DNA from: Patescibacteria group bacterium UBA6033
Lineage (GTDB): Bacteria; Patescibacteriota; Minisyncoccia; Phycocordibacterales; Phycocordibacteraceae
Length of the DNA: 59,890 bases
Assembly (NCBI GenBank): GCA_002429325.1
Contig: DIZH01000012.1
Span: 47,338 to 107,227, forward strand
Direction of reading: 5' to 3'
Shown: piece by piece, positions 44,901 to 52,999 of the stretch
How the letters are laid out: every line of letters starts with the position of its first letter
Position numbering within the stretch: position 1 is the stretch's first letter
Program-made: the position numbers and the translations under genes
Notes under the pieces: generated by a model
Database searches by the model: none
What the model was told of the DNA's origin: nothing
Seen by the model: the letters and a program-made list of their open reading frames with translations, nothing else

Positions 44901-45914
44901 ACTCTCAAACGTCGCTTTGAACATGAGTGTTCCCGCACCGGCCTGGGTGAGCGTAACGGGAAAATCAGAGATGTTGCTGTTAATCTCCGTCGCGGCATTC
45001 CCTTTATTCGTGCCGGCGTCTATCCAACCACTTCCATTCCAATACAGCCATGAGACGCCTCCGTCACCGGAAAGAGTGTAATAAATTTCTCCACCATTTT
45101 TATTTGCCGTTTCAGAAAATCCCGTCCATTTTACGAACGGTGTTACTACCAAAGGCGTGATTGTTTGAAGTGTTGCACTACATGAATTCGTTTGAGCGTA
45201 TGCGACTTGTGGTCTAAAAAGATTTCGTAGATTATCAAAAAGAAGCGGTCCAGGATCTGGTGCAGGCGGAGGAACGACGGGAGCTGGTTCTACTACGGGT
45301 GCTGGAGCCGGTTCAACCACTGGCGCAGGAGCAGGCTCGGTTACTGGTTCTGTGACGGGGATAGGTTCAGTGGTCGGAACTGGTTCCGTAGAGACAGGTT
45401 CTGATACAGGAACTGTTTCCGTGGCAGGTGCCGGTTCAACAGTTGGGGTTACAACTTGCGACGATTTGAATATGGCAGTACCGTCAGTGATTTGAATCTT
45501 CGTCGTATCGTAGTTATAAGCAAGTGGTGTATTAAAATCCCAGCTTGCTACGGCCGCATATGATTTGCCGGGGAAAAGTACTAGCCCGAAAAAACTTACC
45601 AGTATCCATACAAAAACAGAAAATGCCATTCCAGCTATTACAGAAAGAGATGCTATACGGCGGAGGCGATAAGTCCGAATTGAAGATGCGTCACTTCCGG
45701 CAAATTCTTTAGACGAGATAAAAGCGTACGCGGGAAGCGAAATGAGAATATTTGCAATCTCAAGTAACAACACATAGAAGCCGTAGAGAATTATCTTCGG
45801 TCCGGTTGTCTCAATAACCCTTAGCTTGTATTTATTGATGATTCCAGAAAAATGGAGCATCAAATTGAGCCACCGGCTTTTCAAACTAATTCTATTTTTC
45901 ATATTCATGTTCAT
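41946..45914 (-). CDS. giant (1322 aa) surface protein
   Basis: N-terminal TM hairpin, Pro/Thr/Glu/Val linker, LamG/concanavalin-like segment (HIVVLVYDGTTLKLYIDG), FN3-like segments (ILWHWSPADDSNFDRYIITYS), Gly-rich tract, Ig-like domain and C-terminal TM anchor. Confidence 0.85.
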   Translation of the reverse strand: MNMNMKNRISLKSRWLNLMLHFSGIINKYKLRVIETTGPKIILYGFYVLLLEIANILISLPAYAFISSKEFAGSDASSIRTYRLRRIASLSVIAGMAFSVFVWILVSFFGLVLFPGKSYAAVASWDFNTPLAYNYDTTKIQITDGTAIFKSSQVVTPTVEPAPATETVPVSEPVSTEPVPTTEPIPVTEPVTEPAPAPVVEPAPAPVVEPAPVVPPPAPDPGPLLFDNLRNLFRPQVAYAQTNSCSATLQTITPLVVTPFVKWTGFSETANKNGGEIYYTLSGDGGVSWLYWNGSGWIDAGTNKGNAATEINSNISDFPVTLTQAGAGTLMFKATFESDCSQDVSLLSLTADYQDQPSVIASFTSPETSTATTTTVVTSEADPTVVAVLDSISVGTDTSTGGTTETTIPMTDTSVVTDTTNSLDTTVTTDIATTSVDTSLTTDTTLNTNVATPIAFSVHIVTETTGTPGRTLYSIPGLLSISEGPNNGLVVNVTGTDLQTTTLSYPDTSSGSSANVAVGDHIVVLVYDGTTLKLYIDGAVTATLSTPIVIAPPSNISTSIGCVSAGFVLEALTLAEINANYLQCSNQAPTLNITEATQKTDDGFVDIIYTATDVDNDFVSIPIYEYSTTGAFAGEEGVMTVATFDTDHDGTNGLIARDSGTGHTFVWNAKADLPNYAGSVYVRLRANDGLITGPLETFYPVRIDTKAPVVSTFVGSQTSDSGTATFSYTLSDANNPVAVALALSSDHGLTWVVPVTSASGAIGEVNTGARTISWNADQDFPNFEGTITARLTSTDVYGNTGVTTTEIGIDTRAPLGLSLLAGVESNTNQILWHWSPADDSNFDRYIITYSTNSENVTNGSVNNSANVSLWGPSRDSDLLLAGTDRTVITGLVADTLYYAKITAYDDYGHEQTSQVVSYRTQAETTVVSENVVVTAPDTSPTGTVSEEISGGVTVGEILPDTSTLPPTVPAGGFKIVIDGGASGTEDKNVTLTLTGGDNTALMLISNTSDFSDASLQDYASTTNWNLCAGLDSCDSGRYTVYAKFYTSFGVGGAAVSDSITLTISASEVISENVPSVEVNTGAGSTGGGGGGTSVSVGGSSGGGGNGPVISLTTNESQTRNENTPANSTVSPQTNSQVNNTGNAPSENSTTGTSNGSGQGIASSFVPTESSVLQNIPELKGLAESRESGVLAKPQVALVEKSLTGQTINFTGTGIPKAKIALFIHSDQVVVYTTDADEKGQWSFSHDQSVLELAPGEHTVFAVTYDPGSKVKSKPSVVSTFYVKKSPAAVILSYTNLPTTLLTLVVLLFGTLYIYFRRKQKLQ

Positions 45915-46029
45915 TTTTTATAAAAGGGGTCGGAGGTTTTGGGTAAGGAGCGTGCAGTTACTATCATTATACACCCAGTGTGTTGTATAATGATAGTAAC
46001 TATTAACAAGTTTCTAACTTCAACCACGT

Positions 46030-46395
46030 ATGAAAAAAATTATTGTTTTGGAAGACGAACAAGTTTTGCAGAAAGCCCTCTCCATAGAACTTTTGGGAGC
46101 GGGTTTTGAAGTACTCTCCGCCTTGGATGGAGAAGCCGGGCTCGCGCTGGTAAAAAAGGAGATTCCCGATCTCGTGCTTCTCGATCTCACAATGCCAAAG
46201 ATGAATGGCTTTGATGTGCTAAAGAATTTAAAAAAAGATGCAACTACAAAATCCATTCCGGTCATTATTCTTTCAAACCTCGGACAGGATGAGGACAAAG
46301 AAAAAGGATTGGCTCTTGGTGCAACAGATTATTATGTAAAATCTTCGACCGATCTTTCTCTCCTCACTGAAAAGATCAAGAAAGTTATCGGCTAA
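46030..46395 (+). CDS. stand-alone response regulator receiver
   Basis: IIVLEDEQVLQKAL, LVLLDLTMPKMNG, IPVIILSNLG, YYVKS. Confidence 0.85.
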   Translation: MKKIIVLEDEQVLQKALSIELLGAGFEVLSALDGEAGLALVKKEIPDLVLLDLTMPKMNGFDVLKNLKKDATTKSIPVIILSNLGQDEDKEKGLALGATDYYVKSSTDLSLLTEKIKKVIG

Positions 46396-46400
46396 ACTTT

Positions 46401-47216
46401 ATGAGCATTTCACTCCGTGATCGCTGGTCAACATCCATCCTCCATCTTTCGGCCTACATCGCCGGAAAGAAAAACGGACTTTTGACCGTGCACGGAATGA
46501 GATCACTTTTAAACGTATTACTCATTATCGGAGCCGAATTATTGCTTCTGGTTATTTCTTTGCCATCGTATGTTGCCGCGCAACCTATTAGTGACACAAC
46601 AGGAACGAACGAGTATCGCCTACGTCGCGCCTTGACGCTCGGCGTCATCGGCACACTTTTTATTATTTGGATTTTGAAACTTGCTCTTATTCTCACACTC
46701 GCCGGATTTGTAAAAACAAATACCACCACCATAACTGAAACCTATAATCAAACCGGCAACACTGAAACTCTTGCCGATGATGTGCTTATTGCCAAAGAAA
46801 GCGCAGAGCTTGCCTCACCGACGGTTACAAAAATTCAAAACACCAGAGGGCGAATTGCTTTCTGGGGTACAGCACCAGCCGGCAGTGTTGTTGTCTTTGC
46901 ATTTACGGAAAACATGAAAAATGCTTCCGACAAAGTAAGCACCCCAAAAATATATACAATTCAGGCAGATGCAAAAGGCCATTTTGAACTCTGGGAGGAC
47001 GCGTCTATTTTCAATCTTCCGAAAGGAACCTACACTGGAAGTGTAAGCGCGTACGATCCTGTACGGGAAATAAAGAGCGCGCAAAGTCACACTTTTTCGT
47101 TTACTGTCACAGAATCATTTTGGAATTCACTTCTATATTCAGCGGATACTATCCTTAACATCCTCGCTCTCCTTGTGATCCTCATCGGACTCCTAATGAC
47201 CATTTTGGTGGCCTGA
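46401..47216 (+). CDS. membrane protein sharing both termini with the giant surface protein
   Basis: N-terminus SLRDRWSTSILHLSAYI versus SLKSRWLNLMLHFSGII; C-terminal Ig-like domain plus TM anchor resembles residues about 1190-1322 of the giant protein. Confidence 0.75.
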   Translation: MSISLRDRWSTSILHLSAYIAGKKNGLLTVHGMRSLLNVLLIIGAELLLLVISLPSYVAAQPISDTTGTNEYRLRRALTLGVIGTLFIIWILKLALILTLAGFVKTNTTTITETYNQTGNTETLADDVLIAKESAELASPTVTKIQNTRGRIAFWGTAPAGSVVVFAFTENMKNASDKVSTPKIYTIQADAKGHFELWEDASIFNLPKGTYTGSVSAYDPVREIKSAQSHTFSFTVTESFWNSLLYSADTILNILALLVILIGLLMTILVA

Positions 47217-47259
47217 CCGCCCATGGCTCAGCTATCGAGCCCTCGTTGTCCCCTGTATT

Positions 47260-47382
47260 TGCCCTTGTGGCGAGCTTTGTACCGAGGGTAAGAGCTTTGC
47301 ACCAATTGAAACACTGACGAGCCGTAAGACCAAATTTGAGAGCGTGGAACGATTTGCTTAACTCGGACGATTTTAAGCAAAT
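47260..47382. repeat. 123-nt intergenic element R2
   Basis: Second copy of R1, same orientation, same internal direct and inverted repeats; inverted-repeat loop differs while the stem is conserved. Confidence 0.8.
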
Positions 47383-47391
47383 TATGCCGAG

Positions 47392-47586
47392 TCATAATTG
47401 CTTAACTTTTCCTTCACCTGATACATCTTCTTTTGGATCGGCTTTGGCTTTAAGCTTCTGCTCATACTGATAATCCAGCGTCATAACAATAAGCTCGGCT
47501 AACCGGTCCGAAAATATCTCCTCGGCCTTTTGCAGGTCTATACTTTCTGGTAATTTTTTGAACTGGCGTTTCATTTTAGGCATCAA
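47392..47586 (-). CDS. small charged protein (64 aa), last ORF of the defence-like cassette
   Basis: Start overlaps the KAP NTPase stop by 11 nt; Lys/Glu-rich; no family recognised. Confidence 0.45.
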   Translation of the reverse strand: MMPKMKRQFKKLPESIDLQKAEEIFSDRLAELIVMTLDYQYEQKLKAKADPKEDVSGEGKVKQL

Positions 47587-50500
47587 TAACAGAGTTAGAA
47601 GCAGGAATCACAACAGAAGTTTGGGCTACCTTTGTGACTTCGGTAACGTTATCGTCTAAGACTTTATAAACCATGGGGACATATTTTTTATACGAAGCTT
47701 CATCGTTACCCACGAATACGACTTTTTCTTTATCCTCAAGTTTGAGGTTTTTGAAAGTTGTGCCGTGTTTCTGCCAAAAAATTGAAAGCTTCACCTTATC
47801 CAACACTTTGATAAATTCATTAATACTTGGTACATATTTCAATCCATCTTCTCGTGCAGAAGCAAATGCACTAGCAAAGTTTCTGAACAAGTAGTCAATG
47901 AAGTATTCCGTGTTTTTAGTTTCCTTTGGGTCAAAGCAGTGTTCAAAAAGATAATCGTTAACTAAGTCTCTGATGGTGTGCTTATCCTCCGTTCCGGTAG
48001 GATCATAAAATCCGCATCCGGCTCCGAGATTGATTTCTGCGTTCGCCATTTGGTACAGAATAAAAGCACCCACACGAGTTTTTAGCTCAACGGATTTCTT
48101 ATCTATGTCCGTAGCTTGGAATATGCCATCGGCAATCTTCTGCTTAAGAAAGTTGTCATATTTACCAACGAGATTGGATGTTTGTAGAGCGTCAATTTCT
48201 GCAAAGATATTTTTCTTTGGAAGAATGTATCTCGTATTAAATATCTCGAACACCCTTTGGGATATCTCACGCATCTCTTCACGAGCGATATCTCTTGTAG
48301 AACCTGCGGAGGGAGCGTTCTGATTTGCGTGTTCTGCAACGGCTCGAGATAAATCAAAGATGTCGCCTCCACGGTCTGCACTACAAGACAACCTAAAAAG
48401 TAGTAAGTCGTGGATTCCTAATACACCTCGATTTTCTTCTGAAAGTGTTGCGAGTACACCACTGTCTGCGTGTCTACCTTCGCCAAAAACCCATTCGGCA
48501 ATTTCAGCGATGTGGGGCTGAACATTATTTGAATGTTTACCTTGTGGATCAATCCATCCGGCATCGTTCAGTAGTCTGGTGAGGAAATAATCCAAATTGT
48601 GTCGCAATCCCATTCCTACATTTGGGTCTCCCATTTCAAGTAAGGAATACTCGGGTATTGTCTTCAAAAGATAGGTAATTATTTCTTTTGCAATATCACT
48701 TGGCAATTCTCGTGCGTTGTTCACCAATATACGCCACAGCTTTTCTCTCCTGTTCTCTCCCTCACTATATGCAAACTTTTCATCTGCAAACGCAGTATCA
48801 ATAGTGACTGTTTTATTAATTATTTTATCTCTCCATTGAGTATAAAATTTATGTTGATCAACATCGACAGGTTTTGAGAGGTTCACAATTAAATCCAAAT
48901 ACGTCTCAAGATTCCTGCCATTTGTCCAACCACCGTTAAAACAGGCGAGCGAAGTGCGCACATCGTCTGGGATTTTATCTATGTTAGCGTATTCGTTACC
49001 ATAGAGACTTTTTTTATCGGTCTTCAAGCGTACGTCCACATTAAATACTTGGTCTAAAAGAAAACGCTGAGGGGTGTCTTCAGTAAATTCCAGCTCTTTT
49101 AAGTAGTCGTGATAGTGGGTTGAATTCTTGTAGGAAGAATCAGAAGATGACGATCTTCCTCGTGTCCCTGTTTCATCTTTCGGATAACCTTCATCGTAAG
49201 GTATTACCAATGAGAAAAATCCTCTACCACCCTTTGTCTCAGTATCATAAATCTTTCTAAAGACGCTCGGGTAATGGATATAGATGAGCAAAAGATTTAC
49301 CAAGTCTCGTTTATTAAAATCACTACTTTGAAAGTCCGTGGACTGGAGGTCAAACATCATGACGGTATTGATGAGCCGTTTCAACTTTCTTACATCACCA
49401 ATAAAAGGGAGATACCTGTGATACATAGACGAGTCGTATATATCGAGTAGTCCACCAATTGCCTGGCGCACTGGCAAGGGATCGACAATACTCGTAGTGA
49501 GTGCACTCTCAAGATTCTCCGATACATAGTTCTTCAAGTCTTCTCTATCTAAGTACAAGCTGATTTTTATGTTCACAAACTTTTCTAAAAACTCACCAAC
49601 CTTTTCAACATCGGGAGAATCGGCTTCAAGTACGCCTATGTTCTCTGTGTCATAACAAATGACGTACGAAACATTCGGAAATGCAAAACTTTTTCTTATA
49701 ACAAACAGTATGTCTTTTATTTCTGCAAAACTGATTCGATCCAAGTCATCAATAACTATAATGACTTTCCTTGGAAATCGTTTTAGAACGGCACTCAAGT
49801 CGTCGAATGCCTCCTCGGCTGTATAGTCCACTACAAAGGTCGGGAGAGTAAAACCGAATAGCGAAAAACGTTTTATCTCTTTGAGTAAGCGAGTATAGCG
49901 AGATATTAAGGGTTTTATTTCAGGGATGAATGCATTCTTTTGAATGGCATGTATCAAGCCATCAATAAAGACCTCCAGCAAATTTGCCGATCCTAAATAT
50001 CGAAGTGGACTGAATTTATAAATTACCACCCCGTCTGTGTACTTCTCCTCCCAGTACTCGTTGCAGAAATTTATAAAAGTTGATTTACCTATTCCCCAAG
50101 GAGCATCAACCCCGAACACAAAGCTCTCTGGTGATCCTCCGTTGAATACACGCTCCGCAAATGCATTGGCTTTCCCCGTAAAGTTTAGTAGATCGTTATC
50201 TCTACTCTTGAGCTCGATATCAGTAACTAGGGAAGAATCAGTCTTCTTATCTTGCCAAAGCAACTGCCGTCCCATTACTAGAGTCCCCAAAATAAAAGGT
50301 CCGGAAAGGATAGTAAGTATCTGAGTGATGTTAACAGAGGAAACGATCTTTGAAATCCATATCGATAGAAAACCACCCCACGCAATACTGAGCCAGATTC
50401 CGAAGCAAAAGATGATTAGCACATCAATACGGCAACTTCGGATGATTTTCTTTGAGTCGGCAAATACTCCACGTGCCAGCAGGTATGCGACTAGAAACAA

Positions 50501-50713
50501 AGTGCCTACAACGCAAACTGCTGTTGCTTTATATTCATAGTCATTGGAAGAAATCCATCTGTTCAACTTGTAGGCGATGGCAAGTGATAAGCCCCAAATT
50601 TCCGCACTTAAAATACCTAAAAAGGCGGTTTTAACCAGCACCACTAGGTTTGCTGTTATTATCCTGAAGTCGGATAAGGATTCTTTGAATCTAATAGCAT
50701 GTTTGTTAAGCAT
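47576..50713 (-). CDS. KAP-family P-loop NTPase with an N-terminal transmembrane module (1045 aa)
   Basis: Walker A GVDAPWGIGKSTFINF (KAP-type WG.GKS), Walker B VIIVIDDLDR; 4-5 hydrophobic helices in the first ~150 aa; long unassigned C-terminal region. Confidence 0.8.
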   Translation of the reverse strand: MLNKHAIRFKESLSDFRIITANLVVLVKTAFLGILSAEIWGLSLAIAYKLNRWISSNDYEYKATAVCVVGTLFLVAYLLARGVFADSKKIIRSCRIDVLIIFCFGIWLSIAWGGFLSIWISKIVSSVNITQILTILSGPFILGTLVMGRQLLWQDKKTDSSLVTDIELKSRDNDLLNFTGKANAFAERVFNGGSPESFVFGVDAPWGIGKSTFINFCNEYWEEKYTDGVVIYKFSPLRYLGSANLLEVFIDGLIHAIQKNAFIPEIKPLISRYTRLLKEIKRFSLFGFTLPTFVVDYTAEEAFDDLSAVLKRFPRKVIIVIDDLDRISFAEIKDILFVIRKSFAFPNVSYVICYDTENIGVLEADSPDVEKVGEFLEKFVNIKISLYLDREDLKNYVSENLESALTTSIVDPLPVRQAIGGLLDIYDSSMYHRYLPFIGDVRKLKRLINTVMMFDLQSTDFQSSDFNKRDLVNLLLIYIHYPSVFRKIYDTETKGGRGFFSLVIPYDEGYPKDETGTRGRSSSSDSSYKNSTHYHDYLKELEFTEDTPQRFLLDQVFNVDVRLKTDKKSLYGNEYANIDKIPDDVRTSLACFNGGWTNGRNLETYLDLIVNLSKPVDVDQHKFYTQWRDKIINKTVTIDTAFADEKFAYSEGENRREKLWRILVNNARELPSDIAKEIITYLLKTIPEYSLLEMGDPNVGMGLRHNLDYFLTRLLNDAGWIDPQGKHSNNVQPHIAEIAEWVFGEGRHADSGVLATLSEENRGVLGIHDLLLFRLSCSADRGGDIFDLSRAVAEHANQNAPSAGSTRDIAREEMREISQRVFEIFNTRYILPKKNIFAEIDALQTSNLVGKYDNFLKQKIADGIFQATDIDKKSVELKTRVGAFILYQMANAEINLGAGCGFYDPTGTEDKHTIRDLVNDYLFEHCFDPKETKNTEYFIDYLFRNFASAFASAREDGLKYVPSINEFIKVLDKVKLSIFWQKHGTTFKNLKLEDKEKVVFVGNDEASYKKYVPMVYKVLDDNVTEVTKVAQTSVVIPASNSVIDA

Positions 50714-50727
50714 GTCTGGGCATCTAG

Positions 50728-52995
50728 TTATAGTTCCTTAACCGCCCTTAGCGTCTCTTCAACATTCCCGGTATGAACTAAGAAAAAGTGTAGTTTTCCT
50801 CCACCGAGCTTCGACCATATTTCTCCAATTTCTATTTTATAGGCTGTATCTTCGTTGCTGATCCGGTCCGCACCTTTCCACTCCAGAGCGATAATCTGAC
50901 CTTTCTTTGTGACCGCAATAAAATCAGGATAGAACTTACCTCGCTTCCATCCCTGAATATAAAACGGATCAACCTTTTCTCGGCTACGAACCCAATACTT
51001 AATGTTGGGGAGAGTGTCCAGATCGAGACGCTGGACGAAACTAAGCTCCTCACCATTGAGCTTATCTATCTTCTCGTAATAATTTCTATTGAATTCTTGT
51101 GGCACTGCCTGTTTGAGAGAGATCGTGTTAGGGAAAGCCTCAAATGGCTTCGTTGATATTTTCTTCTTTTGCAAAAGCGTATCAAAATTTTCCTTTGCAT
51201 ACTTTTCCAGAACCCCATTAATAAACTCGCTCATTCGATCAGCCAGCACGTAACGGTTTACAGACAGCTCGGACAATGTACGGGTTTTAAGCTGATACTC
51301 GATGGCTTTATCAAGAAAACTCACCTTGTCTGACTTTTCGAGTAATGGAAAACGTAGCTTTTTATCAAGCCACTGCACCAGCTCACTTTTTGTGTAGTTT
51401 TTATCGGAGTACCGTAGCTTCAAGTACATCTGGGCTCCACGCATCCACTCATCGTCCTTCTGGATATCAATAATTGCTCGGCCGTCATTATCGTAATGGA
51501 TTTGGAACTCGAATTTATGATCTTGTTTAGCAAGCTCGAAGTCGTTTCCAATCAAGTCTTCAAAAGATAACTGATCACCCTCGAGGGCCATCATTGGCAC
51601 CTTGAGAACGTCTGATACGGCCTTTTTAGCTTCGAGCTCGTAAGTCGCATCTTTCTTGTCGCTACTGACAAGATCAGACCTGCTGTATCCATTGCTTTCA
51701 AGTCCGGAAATGATTTGACCGGCCGCTTCGTTAAAGTCTCTTGCCGAAGCAAAGACATAGCTCCTGTTAAAGTCCTCATCGGCTTTTCTTTTTGCATAAG
51801 GCAAACGAATGATGCGTCCGATAATCTGCTCGACGGCAATTTTTGATCCGAGGTTGGCAACCGAAACAAGGATATAAGCGAAAGAACAGTCCCATCCTTC
51901 TGCTAAAGCATTGACGGTAATGATGTAACGAATTTTGCAACTCTTACTAAAGAGATCAACTCCCTCAAGTTCGTTTTTCTCGGAAGTTTTGATCGCAATT
52001 TCATCGGCTGAAATCTTTCGCTCTAGTAAGAAGTCTTTTAGATGTTCGACGGTAACAGTGTGACCGTCCTTGCTCTTAGGCTGTGCCTGCAATAGAGCAA
52101 TTGGACGGATATATTCTCCTTTAATTTTCTTAGCGTCTTTCTCAAGCTCAATCCTTTTCTCAATTCCTCTAGTAACTGAATTCTGCCATTGAGCAGAACT
52201 CTCAAGTACGATAGGAATTTTCACCATCTGCTCATCCTTGAGCTCTGAAGCATGAATCTCAACCAGAATGTTGCTCTCACTGCGTGGTGTTGCAGTATAT
52301 TCAACAATAAAGCTTGGGTTGAGGTCTTTCAGGAAATCGATTGATAGCTTGGTTGTTGTTTTATGGCCTTCATCAATCACTATAAGTGGATTACTTAACC
52401 GAACAACGTTTGCCAGTGAGTTAATTACCGATCCTTCACTATCACGCTCAAGATAATCCGGCTCATCTATGTGCTCAAAGTGAGCTAGGAGGGTACCGTT
52501 TTCTTGATACACCTTGTACTTGTTTTGGAGAGATTTTTCTTTGCGGAACGCCTCGAGACTAGCAATGACGATACAGAGATTATCGTTTACATCTTCTTTA
52601 CGAATACTCAAAGCTTCCTCGTTGGAAAATACCTTTACGTTGTTATCAAACGCTTCATCAAGAACCCTACGATGCCAATCTTTCCGGTCCTTAAATTTCT
52701 TGAGGGTCTGAGTTTTGATTGCTTCCGAAGGTGTAAACCAAAGCACAATTCCACGATCCATTTTGTGTTGTAGCAGGCCGGACATAATCTTCTCAACGGC
52801 ATGACAACCTACGAGCGTCTTTCCACCACCAGTTGGGATTTTAATACAAACAAAAGGAACCTCACCAAACGCCTCGGCGTGATAAGGCTTTTCAGTAATG
52901 CCCATGAAAGCATACTTGAGGCCAGCCTTACGCAATTCCTTCAAGAATTGTTCGAGCGTTTCTAATGTATTTTTTTGGTATTTTTTAAGTTCCAT
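50728..52995 (-). CDS. res: type III restriction enzyme Res subunit (SF2 helicase plus PD-(D/E)xK nuclease)
   Basis: Motif I IPTGGGKT, motif II VIDEGH, helicase C-terminal motifs, C-terminal YPDFIAV...ALEWKG nuclease motif; directly downstream of mod. Confidence 0.85.
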   Translation of the reverse strand: MELKKYQKNTLETLEQFLKELRKAGLKYAFMGITEKPYHAEAFGEVPFVCIKIPTGGGKTLVGCHAVEKIMSGLLQHKMDRGIVLWFTPSEAIKTQTLKKFKDRKDWHRRVLDEAFDNNVKVFSNEEALSIRKEDVNDNLCIVIASLEAFRKEKSLQNKYKVYQENGTLLAHFEHIDEPDYLERDSEGSVINSLANVVRLSNPLIVIDEGHKTTTKLSIDFLKDLNPSFIVEYTATPRSESNILVEIHASELKDEQMVKIPIVLESSAQWQNSVTRGIEKRIELEKDAKKIKGEYIRPIALLQAQPKSKDGHTVTVEHLKDFLLERKISADEIAIKTSEKNELEGVDLFSKSCKIRYIITVNALAEGWDCSFAYILVSVANLGSKIAVEQIIGRIIRLPYAKRKADEDFNRSYVFASARDFNEAAGQIISGLESNGYSRSDLVSSDKKDATYELEAKKAVSDVLKVPMMALEGDQLSFEDLIGNDFELAKQDHKFEFQIHYDNDGRAIIDIQKDDEWMRGAQMYLKLRYSDKNYTKSELVQWLDKKLRFPLLEKSDKVSFLDKAIEYQLKTRTLSELSVNRYVLADRMSEFINGVLEKYAKENFDTLLQKKKISTKPFEAFPNTISLKQAVPQEFNRNYYEKIDKLNGEELSFVQRLDLDTLPNIKYWVRSREKVDPFYIQGWKRGKFYPDFIAVTKKGQIIALEWKGADRISNEDTAYKIEIGEIWSKLGGGKLHFFLVHTGNVEETLRAVKEL

Positions 52996-52999
52996 AGTA

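Noticed and set aside
47217-47250. A possible left att site or direct repeat of the tRNA 3' end (TGGCTC at 47223-47228)
   Set aside because: Only 6-7 nt match the tRNA end, so it is not significant. Serine recombinases also do not generate long direct repeats, so the left boundary remains undefined.
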